Assembly: GCF_001194135.2 (NCBI RefSeq)
Contig: NC_068985.1
Location: 110,366,602 to 110,430,601, forward strand
Source of the DNA: Octopus bimaculoides
Taxonomy: Eukaryota
Direction of reading: 5' to 3'
Length of the DNA stretch: 64,000 nucleotides
Under the pieces are notes generated by a model. That model had not been told where the DNA came from. It saw only the letters and a list, made by a program, of their open reading frames with translations, and did no database searches. Position 1 is the stretch's first letter, and each line of letters opens with the position of its first letter. Both the position numbers and the translations under genes were made by a program. This document shows, piece by piece, positions 23,761-37,000 of this stretch.

Positions 23761-26404
23761 TCATCATTGTTTTAATGTCCAGTTTTCATTGCTTACATGG
23801 GTTGAGCAGAACTTTTTCTGACGGATTTTCTACACCAATATTCCCTTCCTGTTGCCAACCCTTACCTGTTTCCAAGTTAACTTGACTTTTACCCTTGACT
23901 GGACATGTTTTTTTTTTTTCATAGAAGACTGGAAACAGCTACTTGTGTGGCGGTGATACTTGCCTGCAACTATCTCACAATGTCAAAACAAGGACACACA
24001 TACACACACACACACACACACACAAAACAAGTTTTTTTTGTCTTTTAAATCCATTCACAAGGCTTTGACTATTCCAAGGCTATAGTTGAAAGCACTTGCT
24101 CAAGGTAAACAGTAAGCTCGCTCTCTCTCTCTCTCTCCATACACACACACACACAGGTAGAGAGAGAGAGAGCGAGTGCTAACTTAGCCTAGAGGGGATT
24201 TCTGTATACACAAACGTCCCACCCCTAACATCTCTATGCAAACATAATTATCATCTAACCTTTCTTTTAATCATATGTTTTCCACTAATTAGACAGCTAA
24301 TGATAGATCTATTTTAATATTTAAGAAGCCCCTTCATTGAAATCGTAGCTTCCCCCAAGTGAAGTCTTCATTATTTTCAAATTCTTATCATTGTGTATTA
24401 GTCATAATCTTGTTTAACCCATGGTCAGCTCTTTTCAACCAGATCTATGACCAAGTACATTCCACATGTAGATGTTCTATCTTTTTTCTCCATTCAGTTC
24501 CATATAATCTTATGTATCCTTCTGTTCTATGACTGTAGAATGTGATTCGAGTGGGATTTTGGAGCTATTTCTAGCAAGTTAATGAGGTGAATTAGTTAAA
24601 ACATTACTCAGTTGGTGTCCACATGAGATGTGACTGTAAGGATTGATGGTAGCAACACTAGTGGGTATGGTAGTGGTCAAGTGATGGTAGCAACACTAGT
24701 AGGTATGGTAGTGGTCAAGTGATGGTAGCAACACTAGTAGGTATGGTAGTGGTCAAGTGATGGTAGCAACACTAGTAGGTATGGTAGTGGTCAAGTGATG
24801 GTAGCAACACTAGTAGGTATAGTAGTGGTCATGTAATGGTAGCAACACTNNNNNNNNNNNNNNNNNNNNNNNNNNNNNNNNNNNNNNNNNNNNNNNNNNN
24901 NNNNNNNNNNNNNNNNNNNNNNNNNNNNNNNNNNNNNNNNNNNNNNNNNNNNNNNNNNNNNNNNNNNNNNNNNNNNNNNNNNNNNNNNNNNNNNNNNNNN
25001 NNNNNNNNNNNNNNNNNNNNNNNNNNNNNNNNNNNNNNNNNNNNNNNNNNNNNNNNNNNNNNNNNNNNNNNNNNNNNNNNNNNNNNNNNNNNNNNNNNNN
25101 NNNNNNNNNNNNNNNNNNNNNNNNNNNNNNNNNNNNNNNNNNNNNNNNNNNNNNNNNNNNNNNNNNNNNNNNNNNNNNNNNNNNNNNNNNNNNNNNNNNN
25201 NNNNNNNNNNNNNNNNNNNNNNNNNNNNNNNNNNNNNNNNNNNNNNNNNNNNNNNNNNNNNNNNNNNNNNNNNNNNNNNNNNNNNNNNNNNNNNNNNNNN
25301 NNNNNNNNNNNNNNNNNNNNNNNNNNNNNNNNNNNNNNNNNNNGGGTATGGTAGTGGTCAAGTGATGGTAGCAACACTAGTAGGTATGGTAGTGGTCAAG
25401 TGATGGTAGCAACACTAGTAGGTATGGTAGTGGTCAAGTGATAGTAGCAACACTAGTAGGTATGGTAGTGGTCAAGTGATAGTAGCAACACTAGTAGGTA
25501 TGGTGGTAGTGGTGGTGGTGCTGCTGTTGGTGCTTGTGACGGTAGTTAATGGCAATTACAGTTGTAGCTGTGGTGGTGGTAGTAGCGGTGGTTTGTTAGC
25601 TGAGTGCTGGTTATGGTGGTAGCTTGATGGTAGCGACCCTTATAGTGGTGATGGTGGCGGTTGTGGTAGCAGCAGTAGCAGTATTAGTGGTGGTAGTAGT
25701 GGTGGTGGTGATGAGTTTTTTAGCAGTGCTGGTCTTGATGGTAGTGACACTAGTAGCCATGGTGATGGTGGTGGTGGTAGTGGTACTTTGATAGTAGTGG
25801 CACTAGTAGCCATGGTGGTGGTGGTGGTGGTAGTTTAATAACAGTGACACTAGTAGTCATGGTGGCGGTGGTAGTGGTACTTTGATAGTAGTGGCACTAA
25901 TAGCCGTGATGATGGTGGTACTTTGATAGTAGTGACACTAGTAGCTGTGGTGGTGGTGGTGGTGGTAGTGGCGGTGATATTTTGATAGTAGTGATGCTAC
26001 TTTGACGACAGTGACACTAGTAGCTGTGGTAGTGGTAGTGGTGGTGGTCTGTTCATAGTAACACACGCGGTTGTAGTTTTGGTCTCCACACTACCACGAC
26101 CACCAACCACCACTACTTACATTTTCACACAACATTAACCCTAACCCTCATCATTACTCCGTACGGCACCCCTACCCCCTTCACCATCATTATCCTAACA
26201 TTCCCCCTACTTTAGCTGTATGTTCGCTACTTTCATTGGAAATGTATGAATGATTCTCTGTCCCTGCCCTAACAGCTATAGCTAATTACAAACAAGTAAT
26301 TATACATAATAGAAATTGAATAAATACACTTAACTAGCTTCCACCCAATTCCACTGACTTTTAGGTGAAGGCCAGCTTAATACAACTGCATCTTGTCATA
26401 TGAT

Positions 26405-26440
<36 letters not shown>

Positions 26441-27447
26441 GTCCTGTATCTATTCAGACAAAACACTTGTATTATGTATAATTAATTAAACTTAGTAAAG
26501 CTGATTAACATGAACTACATTAATCACTTTGTTTTGTCCCTGACACAAGAATACATTGTAGCTTTGCAGTGGTCCTGATTATATGATTAATATTTTAATT
26601 TATTAATTACTAGCAGTATAGCCCGGCGTTGCCCATGATTAAGTTAGGATTATTAAGCTAATCAAGTGCTTTGCTACAAATTAAACTAAGTAATACCAAC
26701 GTCAGATTTGAGCGAAATCCGTTGAAATTGGGAAATGTTTGGCTGAAAATGGGTTGCAGACAATTTGATTGGGAAATCCCATTAGAAATCAGTTTATCAA
26801 TTCTTCCATTCATTGATTGGTTTTTTTTTTTTTTTTTGAGAACTTAAAGCATTCAAAAATCCCATGTGTCCTAAGTAACACTGGCATCAAGTTTGAACAA
26901 AATACATCAAAACCGGTAAAAGTTATGGTTGAAAATGGGGTGTAGCCAATTTTAGTGGGAAATCCTATAAGGAATCAGTTTAGCGATTTTTCATCCTGAT
27001 TGAATGGAAAACCCCTTAAGGAATCAGTTTAGTGATTTTTCACCCCAACTAGGACTTAACTGAACACAACATTTCTGATTCAAAAAATTTATATTTATAC
27101 TTTAAAGTTGGTTTTCACACCCAACCCACTTCTGCAGGATCANNNNNNNNNNNNNNNNNNNNNNNNNNNNNNNNNNNNNNNNNNNNNNNNNNNNNNNNNN
27201 NNNNNNNNNNNNNNNNNNNNNNNNNNNNNNNNNNNNNNNNNNNNNNNNNNNNNNNNNNNNNNNNNNNNNNNNNNNNNNNNGCTACACCAGACCCCAGTCT
27301 GATTTGGCATGGTTTTGTGTTTGATCCCGTCATGTGGCAATTTGATCAAGAGTCATCTACCATAGTCTTTGGTTGACCAATGCTATGTGAGAGTAATAGT
27401 TAGAAATTATACAGAAGCCTGTTGTGTGTGTGTGTGTGTGTGTGTGC

Positions 27448-27480
<33 letters not shown>

Positions 27481-30400
27481 GTGATGTTTAGAGTTTTATA
27501 AACAAAAACAACCTACAGTGATTCAATGTTGTATAAAGTATCTTACTTGAAATCATGACAGGGTCGGCATCAGGAAGGGCATCCAGTTGTAGAATACAAC
27601 CTTAAGGAGTCTTGTTCCATCCAAACCAGCAGAGGAAAATGCAGATGGGCCATACTAGAATATACATGCAGCAGGTACCATACAGTGGGACGAAACCCAA
27701 AATCATAGGGTTGGGATGTCAACTTCTTACCGTACAATCATGTCTGCTTGTACACCGATAATGTCGGCACTATAAATAATGTGCATTTAATGTTAATCTG
27801 AGAAAATGGCAAGGTGACAGAATTGTTAGCATCCCAGGCAAAATGCTTAGTGGCATTTCATCCGTCTTGACATTCTGAGTTCAAATTATGCTGAGGTCAA
27901 CTTTACCTTTTATCCTTTCGGGGTCAATAAAATAAGTACCAGCTGAACATTGGAGTTGATGTAATCGATTTAGCCCACCGCCCCACTTAAATTACTGGCT
28001 TGTGCCAAAGTTTGAAATCAATATGTTAAGCTGAGAAGGTCGTCAAGACTGTAATCCTTTTCAGTTTTTCTAGATGAGGGTCAGAATCAACTTGGTACAG
28101 TTTGCAACAATTGGAATTAGTTTCACTTTCATAATGTGCTTCCATCTCATATCTACATCATTGCACCATACTTCAACACTGCTGTTGTAGCATGCTGCTT
28201 ATATCTGTTCTCTATAATCTTATCATTCTTATGATTTCTGATTTGTTATTGCATATAATCATTTGTGCTGGAAACATTATTTACAACAGTTTCTTATTGT
28301 CTGACTGCCTACCTATTTGTTTAGTTGCCTGCCTACCTACCTACCTACTTACTTACCTACCTTCCTGCCTGCATATTTGCTTGCCTACCTGCATGTGCAC
28401 TTGTGTGTCCATTTTCATTTTCCGTTTTCTCCAATTCTGATGTGGACTGACCAATTTCACTGTAAATACAGCATCACATCACATCAAAATTGGTGTCATC
28501 TAATCTGTGACAACCAAGATTTTCACTTGATATAATTATTTTCCCTCAGAAACAACTGAGAAGACTTCCAACCGGATCTGGTCAAGGAGAAATTGAAGCA
28601 TATTTCAAAAGGCATAATTTACATGTCAGAGAACAGCCATCTTTCACTTAACCATCCAGGAGGGCTGTGATGCAGACAATAGCATAGAATGTGACAGCAG
28701 AGAAGTATCCAGAAATCGTGGCCTGACTGCAACCCAGGCACACATACTGTGTAAAGAATTAAGGGATGAAACACATGTGTGAGGGGCAGATGGTTTCTTC
28801 TCCAAAGACCTGCTGTTGAGTTCTCTTGAGAGTTTCTTACTACTTTTACCCCACACCTAGTTTGGTCTGTCTCCTATACCCCAAACCTAACTTCTGTTAT
28901 AGCCTTGAGCTGACCAAAGCCTTGTGAGTGGACCTGGTAGACGGAAACTGAAAGAAGCCCGTTGTATATATGTATCTGTGTGTTTGTGAGTTTGTCTCCC
29001 ACCACCACTTGACAACCAGTCTTAGTATGTTTATGTCCCTGTAAATTAGCTGTTCAACAAAAGACACCAATAAAATAAGTAGGTGGCTTAAAAAAACAAA
29101 AAGTACTAGGCTGATTCATTCAACTAAAAATTCCTCAAGGCAGTGCTCCAGAATGTCCGCAGTCTAATGACTGAAACTAATAAAAAGACAAAAAAAAAAA
29201 AGACATATATATACTCATCTACAACCACTATTCCTTGTTCTAATGTCTTATTGTATACACTCACCTACACACATATAATAAACTATTTTATTTATGATGC
29301 AAGAAATATTTATCTGCTAGGGAAACACATAAAGGAATACAGTGGAAGTTCTCAGTTACATATTTCATTAAATACCAGATTTCTTGTTTAAACCTTAGAA
29401 CTTTGCTTTCCCAAGGTTGACCGACTGAAAATAACCCATCTACTTCCTACTCAGTGGTTAAGTATAAACTGTTGACAAGTGGAATTAATTGGTATGCTAT
29501 TAGGAAGAGGAAATGTCTAAAATTTCAGACAGCAGTCCCCTTTGTTAGGAAGTACTACTGTCTGAAAAATCAGAGTTTTATCTTCCTCGCAGAAAGCCAA
29601 TATTTATTCCACTTTCCACTTGTTTATACTCACTGTTTGCTGAAGAATACTATTGCTAAGTTTTCTCAGATGATCATCATCATCTCCATCATTTAATGTA
29701 TGTTTTTCATGCTGGGATGGGTTGGACGGTTTGACAGGATCTGAGTAGTAAAAATAAAATGCTTTGTTTGACAAATAAACATCTCGCTCCTGGTCAAATG
29801 GTCTGCAGTTGAAAGAGCCAATTTGTTCAGGCTCAAAGTTACCATCCACCACCCCTTCTCCAAATAAATCTGTTCCCTCAGCTACTCTCTGAACTACTCA
29901 AACCAACACTAATCCTTTGACCAAATCTTCTCCTGCACTGAAGATATACATATATATATATATATATAAAAACAAATAGTAAATGAGTATATGCATATAT
30001 ACATACAGGTATGTGCATACCGACATCCACCTGTATGTATAGGTGCATATCTGGGTACAGGACATTGCAAACAAAACGTAGACAAGAAAACACACAAGCC
30101 ACATAGAGAACATTCTTCTTCATCAGCTACCCCCGTTTTAACACCGGCGTTTCGAAGAGCTATATATNNNNNNNNNNNNNNNNNNNNNNNNNNNNNNNNN
30201 NNNNNNNNNNNNNNNNNNNNNNNNNNNNNNNNNNNNNNNNNNNNNNNNNNNNNNNNNNNNNNNNNNNNNNNNNNNNNNNNNNNNNNNNNNNNNNNNNNNN
30301 NNNNNNNNNNNNNNNNNNNNNNNNNNNNNNNNNNNNNNNNNNNNNNNNNNNNNNNNNNNNNNNNNNNNNNNNNNNNNNNNNNNNNNNNNNNNNNNNNNNN

Positions 30401-33400
30401 NNNNNNNNNNNNNNNNNNNNNNNNNNNNNNNNNNNNNNNNNNNNNNNNNNNNNNNNNNNNNNNNNNNNNNNNNNNNNNNNNNNNNNNNNNNNNNNNNNNN
30501 NNNNNNNNNNNNNNNNNNNNNNNNNNNNNNNNNNNNNNNNNNNNNNNNNNNNNNNNNNNNNNNNNNNNNNNNNNNNNNNNNNNNNNNNNNNNNNNNNNNN
30601 NNNNNNNNNNNNNNNNNNNNNNNNNNNNNNNNNNNNNNNNNNNNNNNNNNNNNNNNNNNNNNNNNNNNNNNNNNNNNNNNNNNNNNNNNNNNNNNNNNNN
30701 NNNNNNNNNNNNNNNNNNNNNNNNNNNNNNNNNNNNNNNNNNNNNNNNNNNNNNNNNNNNNNNNNNNNNNNNNNNNNNNNNNNNNNNNNNNNNNNNNNNN
30801 NNNNNNNNNNNNNNNNNNNNNNNNNNTATATATATATATATATATATATGATGGTGTGTAATTGTAAGATCCAAGGATCTAGGTGTATGAAGTAAGTAAG
30901 CTTCAAGCAGTCTGTGGTAGGTATAAAAAAACAACTTTCAAGAACAACAATAGTTTATTGGTGTAGAAGTTTGTAGGTTTTTTTCCCATATCAAAGTTCA
31001 ATAAGCTGAAACATGTTTTTTAATAATTCACGGTTAGCAACCAGGGTTGCTATGAATCTGAATAAAATCCAAATTGGGGGAACGGAGCAGGTAAAATCCT
31101 GGCTACATATGTTTCCTAGCTATCGAATCTTCAGAAGTAATAATTACTCAGTGGAGTGGGGTACTCCACTAGCTACTCATCAGTCGATGAAATGTATCTC
31201 ATGTCACACCTCTCCTCGGTAACATTGATGCTCACAACTCCTTGGGGTTCTCACATTCATCCCATACCAATGCTGCTAGTGCAGAGCCAAATCTTTTGCA
31301 GTTATCAACTTGTTTCATACCCAACACACAGACACTCCAATACTCTTGGTCTCTATCTCACATCGATACCTAATCGCTACCTAACAGTGACTGTCTCTGC
31401 ACATACTGAGTTATCCGACCATTTTTATCATCACAACTACACAACACATCCACGCACTACACCATGCTTTTCACCCCCATCTCTATGGCACTTCAAATAA
31501 GCTGAATATTTGAAACTGCCAGTTTTGTCCAATAGACAAAGGACTTTAGCATAACTCTTTAGCTTTCAAATTACTCTGTCATATGTGATGCTTACTTATC
31601 CCCCTTGTTTTAATTTAAAGATGCATTACCTTGTAGCTTTGAGATTTTGATGAAGCGATTGTTTATTTTTAGAACGACATTGTAATATATGTGTGAGAGG
31701 CCAGATCTGGACAGTTTCAATGCTAAAGGGTTAAACAAAAAAAAAAAAANNNNNNNNNNAAAAAAAAAAAAAAAAATGGAATAGAACATATTTATGGCTT
31801 ATGTATAACCTGGCAAATAAACTATTTCAATAATGGATGGTTCAGAGACAAAATGACATGCAATCAACTTTTAAAAAATAATTAACCTCAAAATAAAAGT
31901 TACGTAAATCAGCAAAAAAAAATATACATGAAATAACTATATTTTTATTTTTCTCTATTTGTTATCTTTATCTGCAGGAATGGCCTATGGACTCCTTACA
32001 CAGCTCCCACCAATACATGGCTTATACGTTTCATTTTTCCCAGTTTTGATATATTTCTTCTTTGGATCCTCGCGACACGTCTCTATTGGTAGGTATATGT
32101 TTTGTATATTTTTTGTGTTACACTCTTCTAAGTGTGTTTTTCCCCCTCTTTTGTTGTTTAATGCATGGCAGACTGGAGCCTGGTGTTGCCATCCGGTTTC
32201 ACCAGTCCTCAGTCAAATCGTCCAACCCATGCTAGCATGGAAAGCGGACGTTAAACGATGATGATGATGATGCATATATGTATCTGGACATACGAGCATA
32301 TGCATGTGTATGTCTTCATATGTGTATGTGTGCATGGTGGGGGAGTTGTTGTTAAACCTCTGGTCATAGCCGACAGAGTGCTAGTAAGTAACAGAAATGA
32401 TGACGACGTCGACAACGACAACATTGCTAGTGGACATGTGAAACATTTCCTCCAAAGATAAGTTGATTTAAAGGTGACGAGCTGGCTGAAACGTTAGCGC
32501 GCCGGGCAAAATGCTTAGCGGTATTTCGTCGGCCGCTACGTTCTGAGTTCAAATTCCGCTGAGGTCAACTTTACCTTTCATCCTTTCGGGGTCGATAAAT
32601 TAAGTACCAGTTACGCACTGGGGTCGATGTAATCGACTTAACCCCTTTGTCTGTCCTTGTTTATCCCCTCTATGTTTAGCCCCTTGTGGGCAATAAAGAA
32701 ATAAGATAAGTTGCTTCTATTGAAACACATAGTTAGTTTTAATATTGATTTCAGTGTTTGGCACAAGGCCAGCAGTTTTGTGAGATGGAATAAGTCGAGA
32801 ACATCAACCCCAGTGCTGAGCTGGTACTTATCCCATCAACCCCATAAAGAAGAAAGACAAAGCGGACCTCAGCAGAATTTGAACTCGGAAATGTAAGGAC
32901 AGGTGAAATACCACTAAGTGTGTTAATGATTCTGCCAGCTGGTACTTATGCTTCATCATCATCATCATCATCATCATCATCGTTTAACATCCGCTTTCCA
33001 TGCTAGCATGGGTTGGACGATGTGACTGAGGACTGGTGAAACCAGATGGCTACACCAGGCTCCAATCTGATTTGGCAGAGTTTCTACAGCTGGATGCCCT
33101 TCCTAACGCCAACCACTCCGAGAGTGTAGTGGGTGCTTTTACGTGCCACCGGCACGAAGGCCAGTCAGGCGGTACTGGCAACAGCCACGCTCAAAATGGT
33201 GTATTTTATGTGTCACCTGCACAAGAGCCAGACCAGGGGTACTGGCAACGATCTCGCTTGAAAGGCGATGCTGGGCACAGGTGTCATGACGATTTTGCTT
33301 TCGCTTGCCCCAACAGGTCTTCACAAGCTGAGTTTCGTGTCCAATGAAGGAGACGATGTTGGCATGGGTGCCAGTCATCGAATGCTTATTTTTAATATTA

Positions 33401-33972
33401 ATATTAAATAATGCTTATTTTTAATATTAATTAATTAATGTTTATTTTTATTTATTTATTTATTTGTTTGTTTTGTAATGATTGTAGGAACATTTGCTGT
33501 TGTATGTTTAATGGTTGGTGCGACAGTTGACAAAAATTACAGCAAGCTTGCCAGTGCAGAGGGCATAACAACACGAGCAGCAAACCTCACAGCTTCCACA
33601 TCCAGCATTATCGAATCCAGTACAGATGCCTACACACAGAGCGTCACTGGGAATAACTCAGTTACCCAAAGCATCATTGATGAGGAGACTGATGTGACCT
33701 ATCCAGTGAAATTAGGAATAGCCATGGCAGTGACCTTCCTTGTTGGATGTATCCAGGTATGGCAACCATTTTATCGGACCGAATATGTTAAAGACCAAAT
33801 AAAGACAGCTGCAAGCGTAGTTGTGTGGCAAAGAAGTTTACTTTGCGATCATGCTGTTTCAAGTTCAGTCCCACTGTGCAGCACCTTTGACAAGTGTCTT
33901 CTAGTATGGCCCCAGGCTGACCAATGCCTTCTGAGTGAATTTGGTTGACAGAAACTGTGAGGAAGCCCATCA

Positions 33973-34017
<45 letters not shown>

Positions 34018-37000
34018 CATCATCATCATCATCGTTTAACGTCCGCTTTCCATGCTAGCATGGGTTGGACGATTTGACTGAGGACTGGTGCAACCGGATG
34101 GCTACACCAGGCTCCAATCTAATTTGGCAGAGTTTCTACAGCTGGATGCCCTTCCTAACGCCAACCACTCAGAGAGTGTAGTGGGTGCTTTTACGTGTCA
34201 CCCGCACATATATATATATATATATATATGGATATATTTATATATATGGATATATATATATATGGATATATATATATATATGGATATATATATATATGGA
34301 TATNNNNNNNNNNNNNNNNNNNNNNNNNNNNNNNNNNNNNNNNNNNNNNNNNNNNNNNNNNNNNNNNNNNNNNNNNNNNNNNNNNNNNNNNNNNNNNNNN
34401 NNNNNNNNNNNNNNNNNNNNNNNNNNNNNNNNNNNNNNNNNNNNNNNNNNNNNNNNNNNNNNNNNNNNNNNNNNNNNNNNNNNNNNNNNNNNNNNNNNNN
34501 NNNNNNNNNNNNNNNNNNNNNNNNNNNNNNNNNNNNNNNNNNNNNNNNNNNNNNNNNNNNNNNNNNNNNNNNNNNNNNNNNNNNNNNNNNNNNNNNNNNN
34601 NNNNNNNNNNNNNNNNNNNNNNNNNNNNNNNNNNNNNNNNNNNNNNNNNNNNNNNNNNNNNNNNNNNNNNNNNNNNNNNNNNNNNNNNNNNNNNNNNNNN
34701 NNNNNNNNNNNNNNNNNNNNNNNNNNNNNNNNNNNNNNNNNNNNNNNNNNNNNNNNNNNNNNNNNNNNNNNNNNNNNNNNNNNNNNNNNNNNNNNNNNNN
34801 NNNNNNNNNNNNNNNNNNNNNNNNNNNATATAAGCAAAAATATCATTATAAGAGATAAGTCATGAAACGAAGTTTAATGCATTTACATCAAATAAAATGA
34901 ACCGAAGTAGATTTTTTTTTGCTAATTACGGTTTTATTAATTCATTCTTCAATACTTCCAGACAGCTGCTTCTGTCAAAAAGAGGTATAGTCTTCTGACT
35001 TGCCAGTCCTCAGTCAAGCCATCCAACCCATGCCAGCATGGAAAGTGGATGTTAAACAACAACTACAATGATGATGATGATTAAAGGACATTTAAAATCA
35101 ATACCTTGAGTTTTTTCGTTTGCTATCATAATGTACAAAGGAGTGGTTCCTTACACTTTATATGTGTGTGTGTGTTTGCCTTTGTGTATGTGTTTGTCCC
35201 CCCACCACTGCTTGACAACTAGTGTTAGTGTGTTTACGCCACCATAACTTAGCAGTTTGGCAAAAGAGACTGATAGAATAAGTACCAGTCTTTACAAAGG
35301 AATAATAACTACTGGTCACAGTTCGTTTGACTCACATTTTTCAAAGCAGTACACCAGCATGACCACAGTCTAATGACTGAAACACACAAGAAAATGTGTG
35401 TGTGTGTGTGCATGTACGCATTTGCTTTTGTGATTGTGTATGTTCCCCTACAAGGCTTCATGGCCTGTGTTCATTTTGTTTGCATCCCCCTATAAATTAG
35501 TGCATCAACAAAAGAAACCGATAGAACAAGTACTAGACATTAAAACACACACACACACACACACAAACATATATATTTATGATGAAAGTAAACAAACAAA
35601 ATTTGTTCTTTTTTAGAAGCGTTGAGGTGTATTGTAAGATACAGAAATAGATTTATTTCTCAAACGCATGATAATGCTATAAATAGCGTGATCAGGATAA
35701 ATTATCCATTTATTGCAGAAAAATACGTTACTTGCCAGCCATGAGACTCGAACTCACATCTCTGTGATTACGTGTCAAGTGTTTTACCATTAAACTAAAC
35801 TGCCCAGCAACGAATTCTTCTGCAATTTTAGAACTTGTAAATTTAGCTTTATAAGATGCTAACATTAAATTCAACTTTACGATGAAAGTAAACAAAGTTT
35901 GTTCTTTTTTAGAAGCGTTGAGGTATCTTGACGCGTAATCACAAAGATGTGAGTTCGAGTCTCATGGCTGGCAGTAACGTATTTTTCTGCAATAGATGGA
36001 TAATTTATCCTGATCACGCTATTTATAGCATTATCACGCGTTTGAGAAATAAATTTATTTCTGTATCATATATATTTATAGACATTGTATTTTTATATTT
36101 CCAGTTCTTGATGGGTGTTCTCCATTTGGGATTTGTGACAACATTTTTATCTGATCCATTAGTGAGCGGCTTCACCACTGGTGCTGCTTGCCATGTATTT
36201 ACCAGTCAGGTCAAACATGTGTTTGGAGTGAAGATGGGTCGATACAGTGGTCCATTGAAGTTGATATATGTAAGTGATACATTGTATTTATGATATATGT
36301 TCTTGTTCTGAGTTCAAATTCCACCAAGGTTGACTTTGCCTTTCATCCTTTCAGGGTTGATAAATTAAGTACCTGTTGCATACTGGGGTTGATCTAATCA
36401 ACTGGCCCTCTCCCCAAAAATTTTGGGCCTTGTGCCTAGAGTAGAAAGGATATATGTTCTACCTACATGATATCTAATTTAATTCTGTGTGTATAAATCT
36501 TTATAATAAATATTATATGTTTGTATCTTTATGTTGGCTCTGCCATGTTATTACTGGTCACAGTTTTTTATTACACAGTGTAACATGATTTTTGTCCTTG
36601 GGAAGCAACTTTTATTTTTTATTTGCTTATCCTTAGAAAGTATGACAAATGGCTAATATTTCCTTCAAACTCTGTTTCTGTTTATGATATTTATTCAAAC
36701 CCCAAAGAATCCCTCTTGACTCATGGCTATGATGCTCACCCACTACTCCTATTCGTCATCAGAAATGCACATGTCAGCCACTAAGGGACATGATCAAGTG
36801 GTTAAGGTCAAGCAAGCAACTGACGAACAAATCTATGGTATTGATAATGATATTTCTGCTTCAGTAACTCAGCACTGAATCTCTGAAATGTAATGGAAAA
36901 TAGGTCAGTTTTAAAACATTGATGTCCAGCTCACAAAAGCAAAGTTTGAAGGGAATAGTAGTCATCTCCTTTGATTTCAAGATAGAAGCAAATAGGAAAT

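Noticed and set aside
24645-25505. Regular 38-bp repeats as a CRISPR array
   Set aside because: The units are contiguous with no unique spacers, there are no cas genes, and the context is a eukaryotic intron.
31100-31145. Minus-strand CUGAAGA...GAAAC-AUAU-GUA hammerhead-like core with palindromic stem III
   Set aside because: Stem I cannot form and stem II is poor; it sits beside a plus-strand LINE relic, so it is probably chance.
32089-32098. Alternative donor GTAG|GT 4 nt downstream of the exon 2 donor
   Set aside because: It would frameshift the conserved HVSIG-TFAV junction, and there is no evidence of use.
33036-33347. Recurrent ORFs such as [35 protein letters not shown] and GSVPLRGTLGKCL
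   Set aside because: They are incidental frames in multi-copy SINEs, not protein-coding genes.
35733-35805. tRNA-like cloverleaf on the minus strand (CGT in the loop)
   Set aside because: The acceptor and anticodon stems are broken and it is embedded in a duplicated repeat; best read as a SINE head or pseudogene.
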